Source: Bacteroidales bacterium (GTDB lineage: Bacteria; Bacteroidota; Bacteroidia; Bacteroidales; JBGRPZ01). From it: a stretch of DNA of 64,000 bases. The position numbers were made by a program, and so were the translations under genes. The notes below the pieces were generated by a model. It did not search any database, was not told the DNA's origin, and saw only the letters and a list, made by a program, of their open reading frames with translations. Location of the stretch: positions 47,890-111,889 of the forward strand of contig JBGRQE010000001.1 in assembly GCA_041725955.1 (NCBI GenBank), given 5' to 3'. Of the stretch, positions 1 to 8,169 are shown in pieces (positions within the stretch are counted from its first letter, which is position 1; each line of letters starts with the position of its first letter).

Positions 1-165
1 ACTGTAGCTGCTGATGCTGTAGCTGCTGGGGTTGCAGTCACAGTAACTGCTCTTGCTGTAGCTGCTAGTGGTGGTGTAGCGGCTATAGCTGTAGGTGGTC
101 TTGCAAAGGCAGGTTTATTGGGTGCTATTGGTGGAAGTTTAGCTAATGCTTTGAAATTTTGGTAG
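1..165 (+). CDS. C-terminal fragment of an Ala/Gly/Val-rich hydrophobic protein (5' end outside window)
   Basis: Frame 1 is open from base 1 to TAG at 163-165: TVAADAVAAGVAVTVTALAVAASGGVAAIAVGGLAKAGLLGAIGGSLANALKFW*. Low-complexity, small-residue (GxxxG/A-like) hydrophobic tail. No family recognised. Confidence 0.4.
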   Translation, partial: TVAADAVAAGVAVTVTALAVAASGGVAAIAVGGLAKAGLLGAIGGSLANALKFW

Positions 166-168
166 TAT

Positions 169-399
169 ATGGAAAGTAGGATAAGTAGAATAAAATATAT
201 TTTTATATGGGTGTTAAGTTTTTTTATTTCTTTTTGGATATTAGAATCAACTGATTATCTCTCTGATTTCAGTCTTAATATATCACTCGAAAACTTAAAG
301 ATGTACACCATAAAAGCCATTTTAAGCTCTTTATTAGCTACCAGTATAGTCTATGTTTTTGAATTTGGTTTTCGTTTTTTATTCTTAAAAAAGAAATAA
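169..399 (+). CDS. small (76 aa) two-TM membrane protein, unknown function
   Basis: ATG lies 3 nt after the upstream stop. Two hydrophobic segments (IFIWVLSFFISFWIL; AILSSLLATSIVYVFEFGF) and a basic C-terminus (LKKK). Confidence 0.45.
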   Translation: MESRISRIKYIFIWVLSFFISFWILESTDYLSDFSLNISLENLKMYTIKAILSSLLATSIVYVFEFGFRFLFLKKK

Positions 400-539
400 T
401 AATTGTATTATCTGACCCAGAGTCCGATAAATTTCCTGTTTTTTTCTTTTTTAATTCACTGTTTAAATCGTTGGTGGTGATTTAAAAAGTATGCTTCAAT
501 AAACCAATGGCAATTAAGGAATAAAGTTAAATTTGGGTT

Positions 540-660
540 ATGCAAATAACAATAAAACTTCTATGCCCCAATTGGCATAGTTCAAATTTGAAGAAAAATG
601 GTCATAAATACAATAGGAAACAAAATTATTATTGCAATGATTTCATAACGTTTCAATTTT
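540..660 (+). pseudogene. possible relic of an IS1/IS1595-type transposase N-terminal zinc ribbon
   Basis: The translation CPNWHSSNLKKNGHKYNRKQNYYCNDF follows the pattern CPxCxS...KKNG...KQxYxCxxC. Two Cys positions read W (TGG) and F (TTC), each one nucleotide away from a Cys codon. No transposase body follows. Confidence 0.25.
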
Positions 661-691
661 ACTGTAACGCTATTTTAGGACGGGACACTCT

Positions 692-728
692 CAAAAAACA
701 AGGCTGCCTGAATAAGTCAGACAGCCTT
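692..728 (-). terminator. rho-independent terminator downstream of the nitroreductase gene
   Basis: On the minus strand: AAGGCTGTCTGA-CTTAT-TCAGGCAGCCTT, a 12-bp stem with one U.G pair, followed by GTTTTTT. Confidence 0.55.
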
Positions 729-753
729 AAGTATTTAAATTGTTTACTTTTTT

Positions 754-1362
754 TTACATATCCGCAAAGTTTCCAAATTCTTTAGAGAAGACAAAGCTTT
801 TGCTTGTGTTTCTCTCTCTTTTATTATGTTCCATTTGCGCTATATTTTCGGGTAGTTGACTGGGGTCGCCGATATAGCCAATAGCCATTACTGCAGTAGA
901 TTTATAGTTTTCTGGAATTTTAAATAATTTATTGGCTACATCAGGTTCAAATCCACTCATCTGATGAACATGAAGACCTTGTGCGGTAGCCTCAATAGAG
1001 AGGTGTGCTACTGCCTGACCTAAATCGTAAGAAGCAGTTGGATTAGGGTTTTCGTTTAAAGAAAAAGTTTTACGACAAATATTAAGTACCAGTATAGGTG
1101 CTGTAGCGGTCCAGATCTGGTTAAATTCCACTAAGGTGTCGACGATTTTTTTATAAGTTTCATCCCCTTTAAATCCAATAATAAAGCGCCAAGGCTGCTC
1201 ATTATATGCGGAAGGAGCCCAGCGGGCAGCCTCGAATATTTTGTGTAGTTTATCTTTTTCAATTTCTTTACCTGAAAAGGCCCTTGGACTCCATCTTTCT
1301 ACCAGTAAGTCGTGAATATCATGATGTACAGGAGCCTTTCTGTCAACAGTTTTCTTTTCCAT
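754..1362 (-). CDS. nitroreductase family protein
   Basis: Conserved nitroreductase-like sequence begins at an internal Met (MEKKTVDRKAPVHHDIHDLLVERWSPRAF...YNEQPWRFI), with ATG at 1360-1362. The 53 extra codons in the track ORF (to 1521) overlap the kinase stop and look non-coding. Confidence 0.85.
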   Translation of the reverse strand: MEKKTVDRKAPVHHDIHDLLVERWSPRAFSGKEIEKDKLHKIFEAARWAPSAYNEQPWRFIIGFKGDETYKKIVDTLVEFNQIWTATAPILVLNICRKTFSLNENPNPTASYDLGQAVAHLSIEATAQGLHVHQMSGFEPDVANKLFKIPENYKSTAVMAIGYIGDPSQLPENIAQMEHNKRERNTSKSFVFSKEFGNFADM

Positions 1363-1511
1363 ATTTATATAAGAGTTTAAATTAAAGACGAATATCTTTT
1401 TGGGGTGGGAATGGTTTTGATGGTTGTATAAAGATACAAAAGTTTTGGGTTTCAGTGATTCAGATTTGGTATTTTGAAAGTTCAAAAATGAATTAACGGA
1501 ATCAGAAGCTC

Positions 1512-2873
1512 CTAAATGCAAACAATAAAGCTAGTACCCAAACCTTGTTCCGACTCGACATTAAGATCGCCATTATGCATTTGGATAATCTGGCGCGATA
1601 GGCTTAAGCCAATACCACTTCCTTGCTTCTTTGATGTAAAGAATGGCATAAATATCTTATCCATAATATCGGGTTTTATCCCTGGACCATTGTCGTGAAT
1701 TTCTATTTGAGTTTGGTTTTTATTTTGGTAGGCCCGTAAGGTAATTTTTGCATATTCTGTTTGATTGCCGTGTAATGCATCAATGGCATTTCGAATAAGA
1801 TTAATTAGAACTTGTTGCAGCAGATCGGGATCGGCAGTTAATTTTATCTCTTCAGGAAAAATTTGAATGTTCAGATCTATATGTTTCTCGTTTAGCTCTT
1901 TGGTGAAGAGTTGTTTTAATATAGATAGCCTGTTGTTTAGCGAGAAATATCTAAAGTTGGGTTTAGGAATACGGGTAAGGTTTCTGTATAGTGTAACAAA
2001 GTTTAATAGTCCTTGCGATCTGGTTTCAATGGCTTTCATAGCCATATTTACATCCTCCAGATCATTCTGATCTAGCTTTTGCCAGCAAGGCTTATTATTC
2101 TCGTCTTCTGTAATAATTATATCTTTTATAGTTCCTGCAAGTGAACTGATGGGAGTTATAGAGTTGGTGATTTCATGGGTAAGCACACGGATTAGTTTTT
2201 GCCATGATTCAACTTCTTTTTGATCCAGTTCATTTTTAATATTCTGAAGCGAAATAAGGGTCATCTCCTTATTGCTCATTCTAAACTTAGCAGCATGGAC
2301 GGAAATTTGAGATAGCTCTTTTTCCTGAAATAAACGGAAAAGGTTTTTTTCATTATCCTTAAGATTAACAAATTGATTGGATAGGTCGTCTTCAATCTGA
2401 TTAAGATCTTTTATATTGCGTAAATGGTTTAGCTTAAGGATTTTCTTAGATGTATTATTAAAGATGTGAATCTTTCCATGTTTATCGAAAACAATGATTC
2501 CTACATTAATATGCTGAACAATGGTTTGTAGATAAAGGAAATGCTCTTCAGTTTCGGATCGGTATTTTTGGAATTCATCAATTACCTTATTGAATTCATT
2601 ATCTAAGTTATTAAAGGTTTTCCCCATTTTTGGGTCCTTAAAAGATACCGAGAAATCGTTAAACTGTATGCTTTGCAAAAACTTGCTAAGCTTGCGGTTT
2701 GTATTCTCCAGGTAGTGTATAAGGCGAATGATAATCCATACAATTATTATTACCAGAAATAATGTAGAAAAGTTAATGCCGAACTTAATGGAGTTATAGC
2801 AAAGTATAAAAATCATTAAGCTCAGCAGGCATACTCTAAGTATAATATTTTGTCGGAAATTTTTAAAGACCAT
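1512..2873 (-). CDS. sensor histidine kinase (NtrB/AtoS-like)
   Basis: 453 aa. Two N-terminal TM helices, H-box LTHEITNSITPI, and HATPase_c boxes (IRNAIDAL, DNGPGI, GSGIGLSLS). Overlaps the upstream regulator gene by 11 nt. Confidence 0.85.
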   Translation of the reverse strand: MVFKNFRQNIILRVCLLSLMIFILCYNSIKFGINFSTLFLVIIIVWIIIRLIHYLENTNRKLSKFLQSIQFNDFSVSFKDPKMGKTFNNLDNEFNKVIDEFQKYRSETEEHFLYLQTIVQHINVGIIVFDKHGKIHIFNNTSKKILKLNHLRNIKDLNQIEDDLSNQFVNLKDNEKNLFRLFQEKELSQISVHAAKFRMSNKEMTLISLQNIKNELDQKEVESWQKLIRVLTHEITNSITPISSLAGTIKDIIITEDENNKPCWQKLDQNDLEDVNMAMKAIETRSQGLLNFVTLYRNLTRIPKPNFRYFSLNNRLSILKQLFTKELNEKHIDLNIQIFPEEIKLTADPDLLQQVLINLIRNAIDALHGNQTEYAKITLRAYQNKNQTQIEIHDNGPGIKPDIMDKIFMPFFTSKKQGSGIGLSLSRQIIQMHNGDLNVESEQGLGTSFIVCI

Positions 2874-4242
2874 ATTTCTCGATTCTACGATATAGCGATG
2901 CTCTAGTTAGTCCAAGTTCGTTAGCTGCTTTACTAATATTTCCGTTATGCTTATCAATAACCTTTCGGATTAAGATTTTTTCTGTTTCTTCAAGATTTGT
3001 AGTTTTGGGAATAAAGTCGTCATCTTTATTTTCCTCATTTTGTTGCAGAAAAAAATCATGAGGCTCCAGAATATTATTTTCACTTAAAATTACAGCTCTT
3101 TCAATAGCATGTTGTAGCTCACGAATATTTCCTGGCCAGTCGTGTTTTTGTAGCCTTTTTAATGTTGATGAGTTTATTCGTTTTGTTGGTAAGTTATATT
3201 TCTTACAATATTTTTGAAGGAAGAACTCAGTGAGAAGTCCAATATCTTCGACTCTATCGCGCAATGGCGGGAGTTTAATTTCGACAGTATTTATACGATA
3301 AAGTAAATCCTGACGGAACTTACTCTCTTTTACCATTTGATATAGAGGCATATTCGTAGCGCAAACCAATCGGGCATTTATAGAAACTTCTTTATTAGAT
3401 CCCAGACGAACCACCTTACGGTTTTGCAGAACGCTAAGCAGTTTTGCTTGCATATTAAAGCTAAGGTTTCCTATTTCATCAAGGAATATAGTTCCTCCAT
3501 TTGCAGCTTCAAATCTACCGGCACGATCTTCCTTGGCATCGGTAAAAGCACCTTTTTTAAAACCGAATAATTCACTTTCAAACAAACTTTCGGAGATTGC
3601 GCCTAGATCGACGTTAACAAAAACTTCTTTGTTTCGAGGAGAGTAGTTGTGTATAGAGCGGGCGATAACTTCTTTTCCGGTACCATTTTCTCCAAGAATT
3701 AAGATGTTTACATCAGTACGTGCAACTTTCTTTAGAGTTTGCATTACTTGTTTCATGGCCAAGGAGGTGCCAATGACAAAATCTTCTTGTTTGTTGCTAG
3801 AATCTACAAGGGCTTTGTTTTTTGTTTTCAGGCTTTCGAGTTCTACTTTAGATTTTCTCATTTCTAAGGTAGCTTTAATTGTTGCCAGCAATTTTTTATT
3901 ATCCCAAGGTTTAAGCAAGAAGTTTGTTGCGCCTTCTTTTATACCTTGAACAGCCAGTTCGATATCACCATATCCAGTAATAAATATTACAGCTGCACTG
4001 GGGTCTATTTCCAAAATTTTATTCATCCAGTGGAAGCCTTCTTTTCCGCTGGTAGCGTCTCGTGAAAAGTTCATATCCAAAATAAAGAGATCATAGTTCT
4101 CATTTTGAATCAGAGTCGGGATGTTTTCAGGGTTTTGTTCGGTATGAACAAATTCTATATGTTGTCTTAAAAATAATCTGGCTGCGAGTAAGACATCTTG
4201 ATCATCGTCAACAATGAGTATTTTGGCTTTTATTTTTTCCAT
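2863..4242 (-). CDS. sigma-54-dependent response regulator (NtrC family)
   Basis: 459 aa. REC domain (ILIVDDDQD...ILDMNF). AAA+ sigma-54 interaction domain (Walker A GENGTGKE, loop GAFTDA, Walker B FLDEIG). C-terminal Fis-type HTH (AANELGLTRASLYRRIEKYGL). Confidence 0.9.
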   Translation of the reverse strand: MEKIKAKILIVDDDQDVLLAARLFLRQHIEFVHTEQNPENIPTLIQNENYDLFILDMNFSRDATSGKEGFHWMNKILEIDPSAAVIFITGYGDIELAVQGIKEGATNFLLKPWDNKKLLATIKATLEMRKSKVELESLKTKNKALVDSSNKQEDFVIGTSLAMKQVMQTLKKVARTDVNILILGENGTGKEVIARSIHNYSPRNKEVFVNVDLGAISESLFESELFGFKKGAFTDAKEDRAGRFEAANGGTIFLDEIGNLSFNMQAKLLSVLQNRKVVRLGSNKEVSINARLVCATNMPLYQMVKESKFRQDLLYRINTVEIKLPPLRDRVEDIGLLTEFFLQKYCKKYNLPTKRINSSTLKRLQKHDWPGNIRELQHAIERAVILSENNILEPHDFFLQQNEENKDDDFIPKTTNLEETEKILIRKVIDKHNGNISKAANELGLTRASLYRRIEKYGL

Positions 4243-4294
4243 TTGAAACGCTTGATTTTGGATTTTTTTTTAAACGCGTAAAGGTACAAACTAT

Positions 4295-4320
4295 GTTCAA
4301 AAATGTACAAAGATTTGAAC
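4295..4320. promoter_or_regulatory. candidate enhancer (UAS) for the adjacent sigma-54 activator
   Basis: Perfect inverted repeat GTTCAAA-N12-TTTGAAC, about 80-100 bp upstream of the TGGCAC element in the divergent intergenic region. Confidence 0.3.
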
Positions 4321-4396
4321 GGAAATGAACATTTTGTTTCCTTTTGTATATTTTCCGGATAAAGCTATGTGCTTGTTATACTGCAAAAACAACGTC

Positions 4397-4411
4397 TGGC
4401 ACAGAATTAGA
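4397..4411 (+). promoter_or_regulatory. candidate sigma-54 (-24/-12) promoter for the HlyD/ABC operon
   Basis: TGGCACAGAATTAGA has a perfect -24 element (TGGCAC). The -12 element is degenerate (TTAG/TAGA versus TTGC). It lies about 40 nt upstream of the start codon, next to a sigma-54 activator gene. Confidence 0.3.
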
Positions 4412-4438
4412 GTATATAAAAACTGAGGTATAAAAGAA

Positions 4439-5698
4439 TTGATACAGATGGATCGAATAATTGAGAAAAAAAGATGGACTATTAAAAAGATGTTTAGCTA
4501 TACGGCTGCAGGAATATTTGCATTATTTATTATATACCTGTTCTTTTTTAGAGATAACTCTTCAAAGTTATATGTCGAGGACGATTATATTACCATTGCT
4601 GAGGTTAAAAAAGGAGACTTTCAAGAATTTATTCCAATAGATGGGGTTGTTTTTCCAAAGAACACTATTTATATAGATGCCATAAATGGAGGGAATGTAG
4701 AGCGTATACAAGTGGAAGATGGAGCTATCCTTAATAAAGGAGACACCATTCTTAAGTTGGTAAATGCTGCTTTGGAGCTTAGTTTTATGGAGCAAGAAAC
4801 ACGAACTTTTGATGCGATAAATAATAACCAAAACTCTCAGATAAGTTTAGAAAAAAGTCGTTTTCAATATCAATTAAAGATTGCAGAGATTCAATCTGAA
4901 ATTGACCGAACAACACGAAATTTTGAACGTCAAAAAGAGTTGTTTAACAAGGGCGTAATTCCTAAGGTAGAGTTTGAGGATTCGGAAAGAGACTTTGTCT
5001 TAAACTTAAAAAAGTTAAAGATTAATCTTAGGTTACAGGAATTAGATTCTATAAGTGGTGCCAGACGGAGCAAGCAGTTAAAGCAATCTATGGTTCGTAT
5101 GGAGAATAACTTGAATATGATGAAAAAAAGCCTAGATAACTTATATATTAAGGCTCCGGCTCAAGGTAAGTTATCTTCATTTTCTGTAGAGATTGGGGAA
5201 ACAAAATCGGCAGGAGAACATTTAGGGCAAATTGATTTAATGGATGGCTTTAAAATTAGAGCTAATATCGACGAGAGATATATTGCACGTGTTTCATTAG
5301 GGCAGGAGGCAGAATTTACTTTTGATGATGTGAAATACGATCTTGAGATAAAAAAGATATACACTGATGTTCAGGAAGGTAAATTTCAGGTAGATATGAA
5401 GTTTCCGGATACATATCCTAAGAATATAAAACGTGGGCAAACCCTTCAGCTTCGATTGAAATTTAGTAGTCCGCAAAAAGCAGTTATGGTTAAACGTGGT
5501 GGCTTTTTTCAGGATACCGGTGGACATTGGATTTATGTTATGGATGCTTCGGGCGATTTTGCAGAAAAGCGAAATATAAGAATCCATCGTCAAAATACCG
5601 ACTTCTATGAAGTTGTTGAGGGATTAAATCCGGGGGAAAAGGTTATTGTTTCATCCTATTCCAACTATGGAGAAAAAGACAAGTTAATTTTTAGATAA
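4439..5698 (+). CDS. HlyD/MacA-type periplasmic adaptor (membrane fusion protein)
   Basis: 419 aa. N-terminal TM anchor, lipoyl-like hairpin, long coiled-coil region (QISLEKSRFQYQLKIAEIQSEIDR...) and C-terminal barrel. The track start is TTG at 4439; the first ATG is at 4448. Confidence 0.8.
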   Translation: MIQMDRIIEKKRWTIKKMFSYTAAGIFALFIIYLFFFRDNSSKLYVEDDYITIAEVKKGDFQEFIPIDGVVFPKNTIYIDAINGGNVERIQVEDGAILNKGDTILKLVNAALELSFMEQETRTFDAINNNQNSQISLEKSRFQYQLKIAEIQSEIDRTTRNFERQKELFNKGVIPKVEFEDSERDFVLNLKKLKINLRLQELDSISGARRSKQLKQSMVRMENNLNMMKKSLDNLYIKAPAQGKLSSFSVEIGETKSAGEHLGQIDLMDGFKIRANIDERYIARVSLGQEAEFTFDDVKYDLEIKKIYTDVQEGKFQVDMKFPDTYPKNIKRGQTLQLRLKFSSPQKAVMVKRGGFFQDTGGHWIYVMDASGDFAEKRNIRIHRQNTDFYEVVEGLNPGEKVIVSSYSNYGEKDKLIFR

Positions 5699-5717
5699 TC
5701 TTTAGAAAAGATAGAAT

Positions 5718-6407
5718 ATGATACGTACAACCGATTTATGTAAAGTTTTTAGAACCGATGAAGTAGAAACCACCGCTTTAAATAAAGTGTCTTTTGGAAT
5801 CAAAAAAGGAGAGTTTGTTGCTATTATGGGTCCTTCAGGATGTGGAAAATCGACCCTATTAAATATTCTTGGACTTTTGGATAATCCTACCACTGGCGAG
5901 TACTACTTTCTGGATCATGAAGTTTCTAGATATTCTGAGAAAGAAAGAGCAAATCTTCGTAAAAGAAATATTGGTTTTGTATTCCAGAACTTTAACTTAA
6001 TTGATGAGTTGAATGTATTTGAAAATATTGAATTGCCTTTGATCTACTTGGGAATGAAGTCGTCAGAAAGAAAATCTCGTGTAGAAAAGGTAATGGAACA
6101 AATGAAAATATCGCATCGAGCCAAGCATTTTCCTTTGCAGCTTTCAGGAGGGCAGCAACAACGTGTAGCTGTAGCTCGCGCTGTAGTTGCAGAACCAAGT
6201 GTGATTCTTGCCGATGAGCCTACTGGTAACCTAGATTCTGTGCATGGTGAAGAGGTAATGAATATGTTGGCTCACTTAAATGAGCAGGGAACAACAATTA
6301 TAATGGTTACTCACTCGCAGCGTGATGCAGAATATGCAAGTAGAATTATCCGCTTGTTCGATGGTCAAATTATAAATGAGAATTTAAATAATCGTAAAGC
6401 AGTATAG
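5718..6407 (+). CDS. ABC transporter ATP-binding protein (MacB/LolD-type ATPase)
   Basis: Walker [10 protein letters not shown], signature LSGGQQQR, Walker B ILADEPT, H-loop VTHS. Confidence 0.92.
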   Translation: MIRTTDLCKVFRTDEVETTALNKVSFGIKKGEFVAIMGPSGCGKSTLLNILGLLDNPTTGEYYFLDHEVSRYSEKERANLRKRNIGFVFQNFNLIDELNVFENIELPLIYLGMKSSERKSRVEKVMEQMKISHRAKHFPLQLSGGQQQRVAVARAVVAEPSVILADEPTGNLDSVHGEEVMNMLAHLNEQGTTIIMVTHSQRDAEYASRIIRLFDGQIINENLNNRKAV

Positions 6408-6449
6408 TCTAATCTTTATTATTGCCGAGTAAATTTTAAATTAATAGTG

Positions 6450-6479
6450 GGGGCTGTCTTCTAAGGCAGTCTTTTTTTA
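6450..6479 (+). terminator. rho-independent terminator after the ABC ATPase gene
   Basis: GGCTGTC-TTCTAA-GGCAGTC stem (with G.U pairs) followed by T7. Confidence 0.5.
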
Positions 6480-6487
6480 TGGATTTA

Positions 6488-6520
6488 GATTTCGTGTTTC
6501 GATTTTCGAAACACGAAATC
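6488..6520. repeat. TTCG-rich palindromic intergenic element (copy 1)
   Basis: Perfect 15-bp arms GATTTCGTGTTTCGA / TCGAAACACGAAATC around a 3-nt loop. Shares the core ATTTCGTGTTTCG with the element at 28239. Confidence 0.8.
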
Positions 6521-6533
6521 CGAGATGCAAAGC

Positions 6534-7100
6534 CTAACCTAATGGCAAAATCTCTTTTTTATAAGTCTCCTTATATAGCTCTGCTAAAGCAATGTATAGT
6601 GCTAAAGCACCAGTGAAAATTCCTTCAATGCCAGCTATTTGTTTTAGCCCATGCATACCGGTAAAATCAGCAGTAGCCAAAAGACTAAACAATAGAGTAA
6701 CACATAGAAATAATAATTTACTGGCTTTATTGGCTTTTAAACTTGCCATCAAAAGCCCAAACGAAAATACTGCCCAAATGGCATGATAGAATCCCAATGA
6801 AGTGGGTTCTGGAACGTTTCCAATTCCCATCAAAGGAAATACCATAATAAAGATTAGCGATAGCCAAAAAGCACCATAAGCGGCGAAGGCTACCATACCA
6901 AACATATTATTACGTTTATATTCCCATATTCCCACCATAAGTTGTAGCATTCCTCCTAGCAATAGTCCTACTGAAAGGATCATTGCATCATGAGCAAACA
7001 ATCCTACTGCATGCAAATTCAATAATAATGTAGCAAAACCAAATCCTACCATCCCCAGTGGTGCTGGATTTGCAGTGTTAAAATTACTCCCTTCCTTCAT
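6534..7100 (-). CDS. satP: acetate/succinate uptake transporter, GPR1/FUN34/YaaH family
   Basis: 188 aa, six hydrophobic helices, and the diagnostic N-terminal motif NPAPLGM. Confidence 0.85.
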   Translation of the reverse strand: MKEGSNFNTANPAPLGMVGFGFATLLLNLHAVGLFAHDAMILSVGLLLGGMLQLMVGIWEYKRNNMFGMVAFAAYGAFWLSLIFIMVFPLMGIGNVPEPTSLGFYHAIWAVFSFGLLMASLKANKASKLLFLCVTLLFSLLATADFTGMHGLKQIAGIEGIFTGALALYIALAELYKETYKKEILPLG

Positions 7101-7238
7101 CTGTCTTTTTTAATAAATTTTATACAGCCCGCGAAAATATAAATAAGTATGCGAATACGAAATAAATAAGGCGTAAAACAAAAAAGTTTATGTATCAGGA
7201 ATTCTGCTAATTTTGCAGGCAAATTCAAAGCATCATTT

Positions 7239-8009
7239 ATGGTAAAGCCAAAAAAACATTTAGGACAACACTTTCTTACAGATCTAAGTATAGCTCAGCG
7301 CATTGTGGATGCACTATCAGAAGAACAACCAGATATTATTGAGGTAGGTGCCGGTACAGGAGTACTTACTCAATACCTTATGAAACGACCCAATCAGAAA
7401 CTTCATATTATAGAAGTGGATACTGAGTCTGTTGAATACTTAAATGCAACCTGGCCACAACTCAGTGAAAATTTATACTTCCATGACTTTCTGAAATACC
7501 CATTGGAGAAAATTACTGAAGATAAGTTCGCCCTTATAGGTAACTTCCCTTATAATATCAGCTCTCAGATATTTTTTAGAGTTCTTGATTATAAAGAACA
7601 AATTCCTGAAGTAGTAGGAATGTTGCAGAAAGAAGTGGCTGAAAGATTGGCTGCAGGTCCAGGGTCAAAAACTTATGGCATTCTTAGTGTTTTGCTACAA
7701 GCATACTATGATGTTGAATATTTATTTACTGTAGATGAAACAGTATTCAACCCTCCTCCAAGAGTAAAATCAGCAGTAATTCGTTGTACCCGAAATAATG
7801 TGAAAAAACTTGATTGCAACGAAAAGCTTTTTAAGCAAATTATAAAAGCATGCTTTAATACGCGTAGAAAAACTGTGCGTAATGGTTGTAAAGCATTGAT
7901 TGAAGATAAATCAGTAATGACTGATGAAATATTTAATAAACGTCCTGAACAACTTTCTGTAGAACAGTTTGTGTGGCTAGCAAACTTCGTAGAGAAGTAT
8001 AGAAGGTAG
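7239..8009 (+). CDS. rsmA: 16S rRNA (adenine1518/1519-N6)-dimethyltransferase
   Basis: 256 aa. KKHLGQHFL N-terminus, SAM-binding EVGAGTGVLT, and NFPYNISS motif. Confidence 0.92.
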   Translation: MVKPKKHLGQHFLTDLSIAQRIVDALSEEQPDIIEVGAGTGVLTQYLMKRPNQKLHIIEVDTESVEYLNATWPQLSENLYFHDFLKYPLEKITEDKFALIGNFPYNISSQIFFRVLDYKEQIPEVVGMLQKEVAERLAAGPGSKTYGILSVLLQAYYDVEYLFTVDETVFNPPPRVKSAVIRCTRNNVKKLDCNEKLFKQIIKACFNTRRKTVRNGCKALIEDKSVMTDEIFNKRPEQLSVEQFVWLANFVEKYRR

Positions 8010-8015
8010 TTTGAT

Positions 8016-8048
8016 GGATTCGGATTTCGAATTTCGAAACCCGAATCC
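8016..8048. repeat. TTCG-rich palindromic intergenic element (copy 2, variant)
   Basis: GGATTCGGATTTCGA-ATT-TCGAAACCCGAATCC: 15-bp arms with one mismatch and the same TTTCGA/TCGAAA centre as copy 1. Confidence 0.75.
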
Positions 8049-8169
8049 CCAATTTATAGCATTTCTAAGAACAATTTTACTCTTCTATAGCATACATTTG
8101 CCCGATTTTTAACGGGGTTGTAAATATATTGAATAGAAATTATTCAAAGAGTTAAGATTACAAACAGAA

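Noticed and set aside
1363-1521. N-terminal 53-codon extension of the nitroreductase ORF
   Set aside because: Conserved nitroreductase sequence starts at the internal Met (1362). The extension overlaps the kinase stop and is compositionally non-coding.
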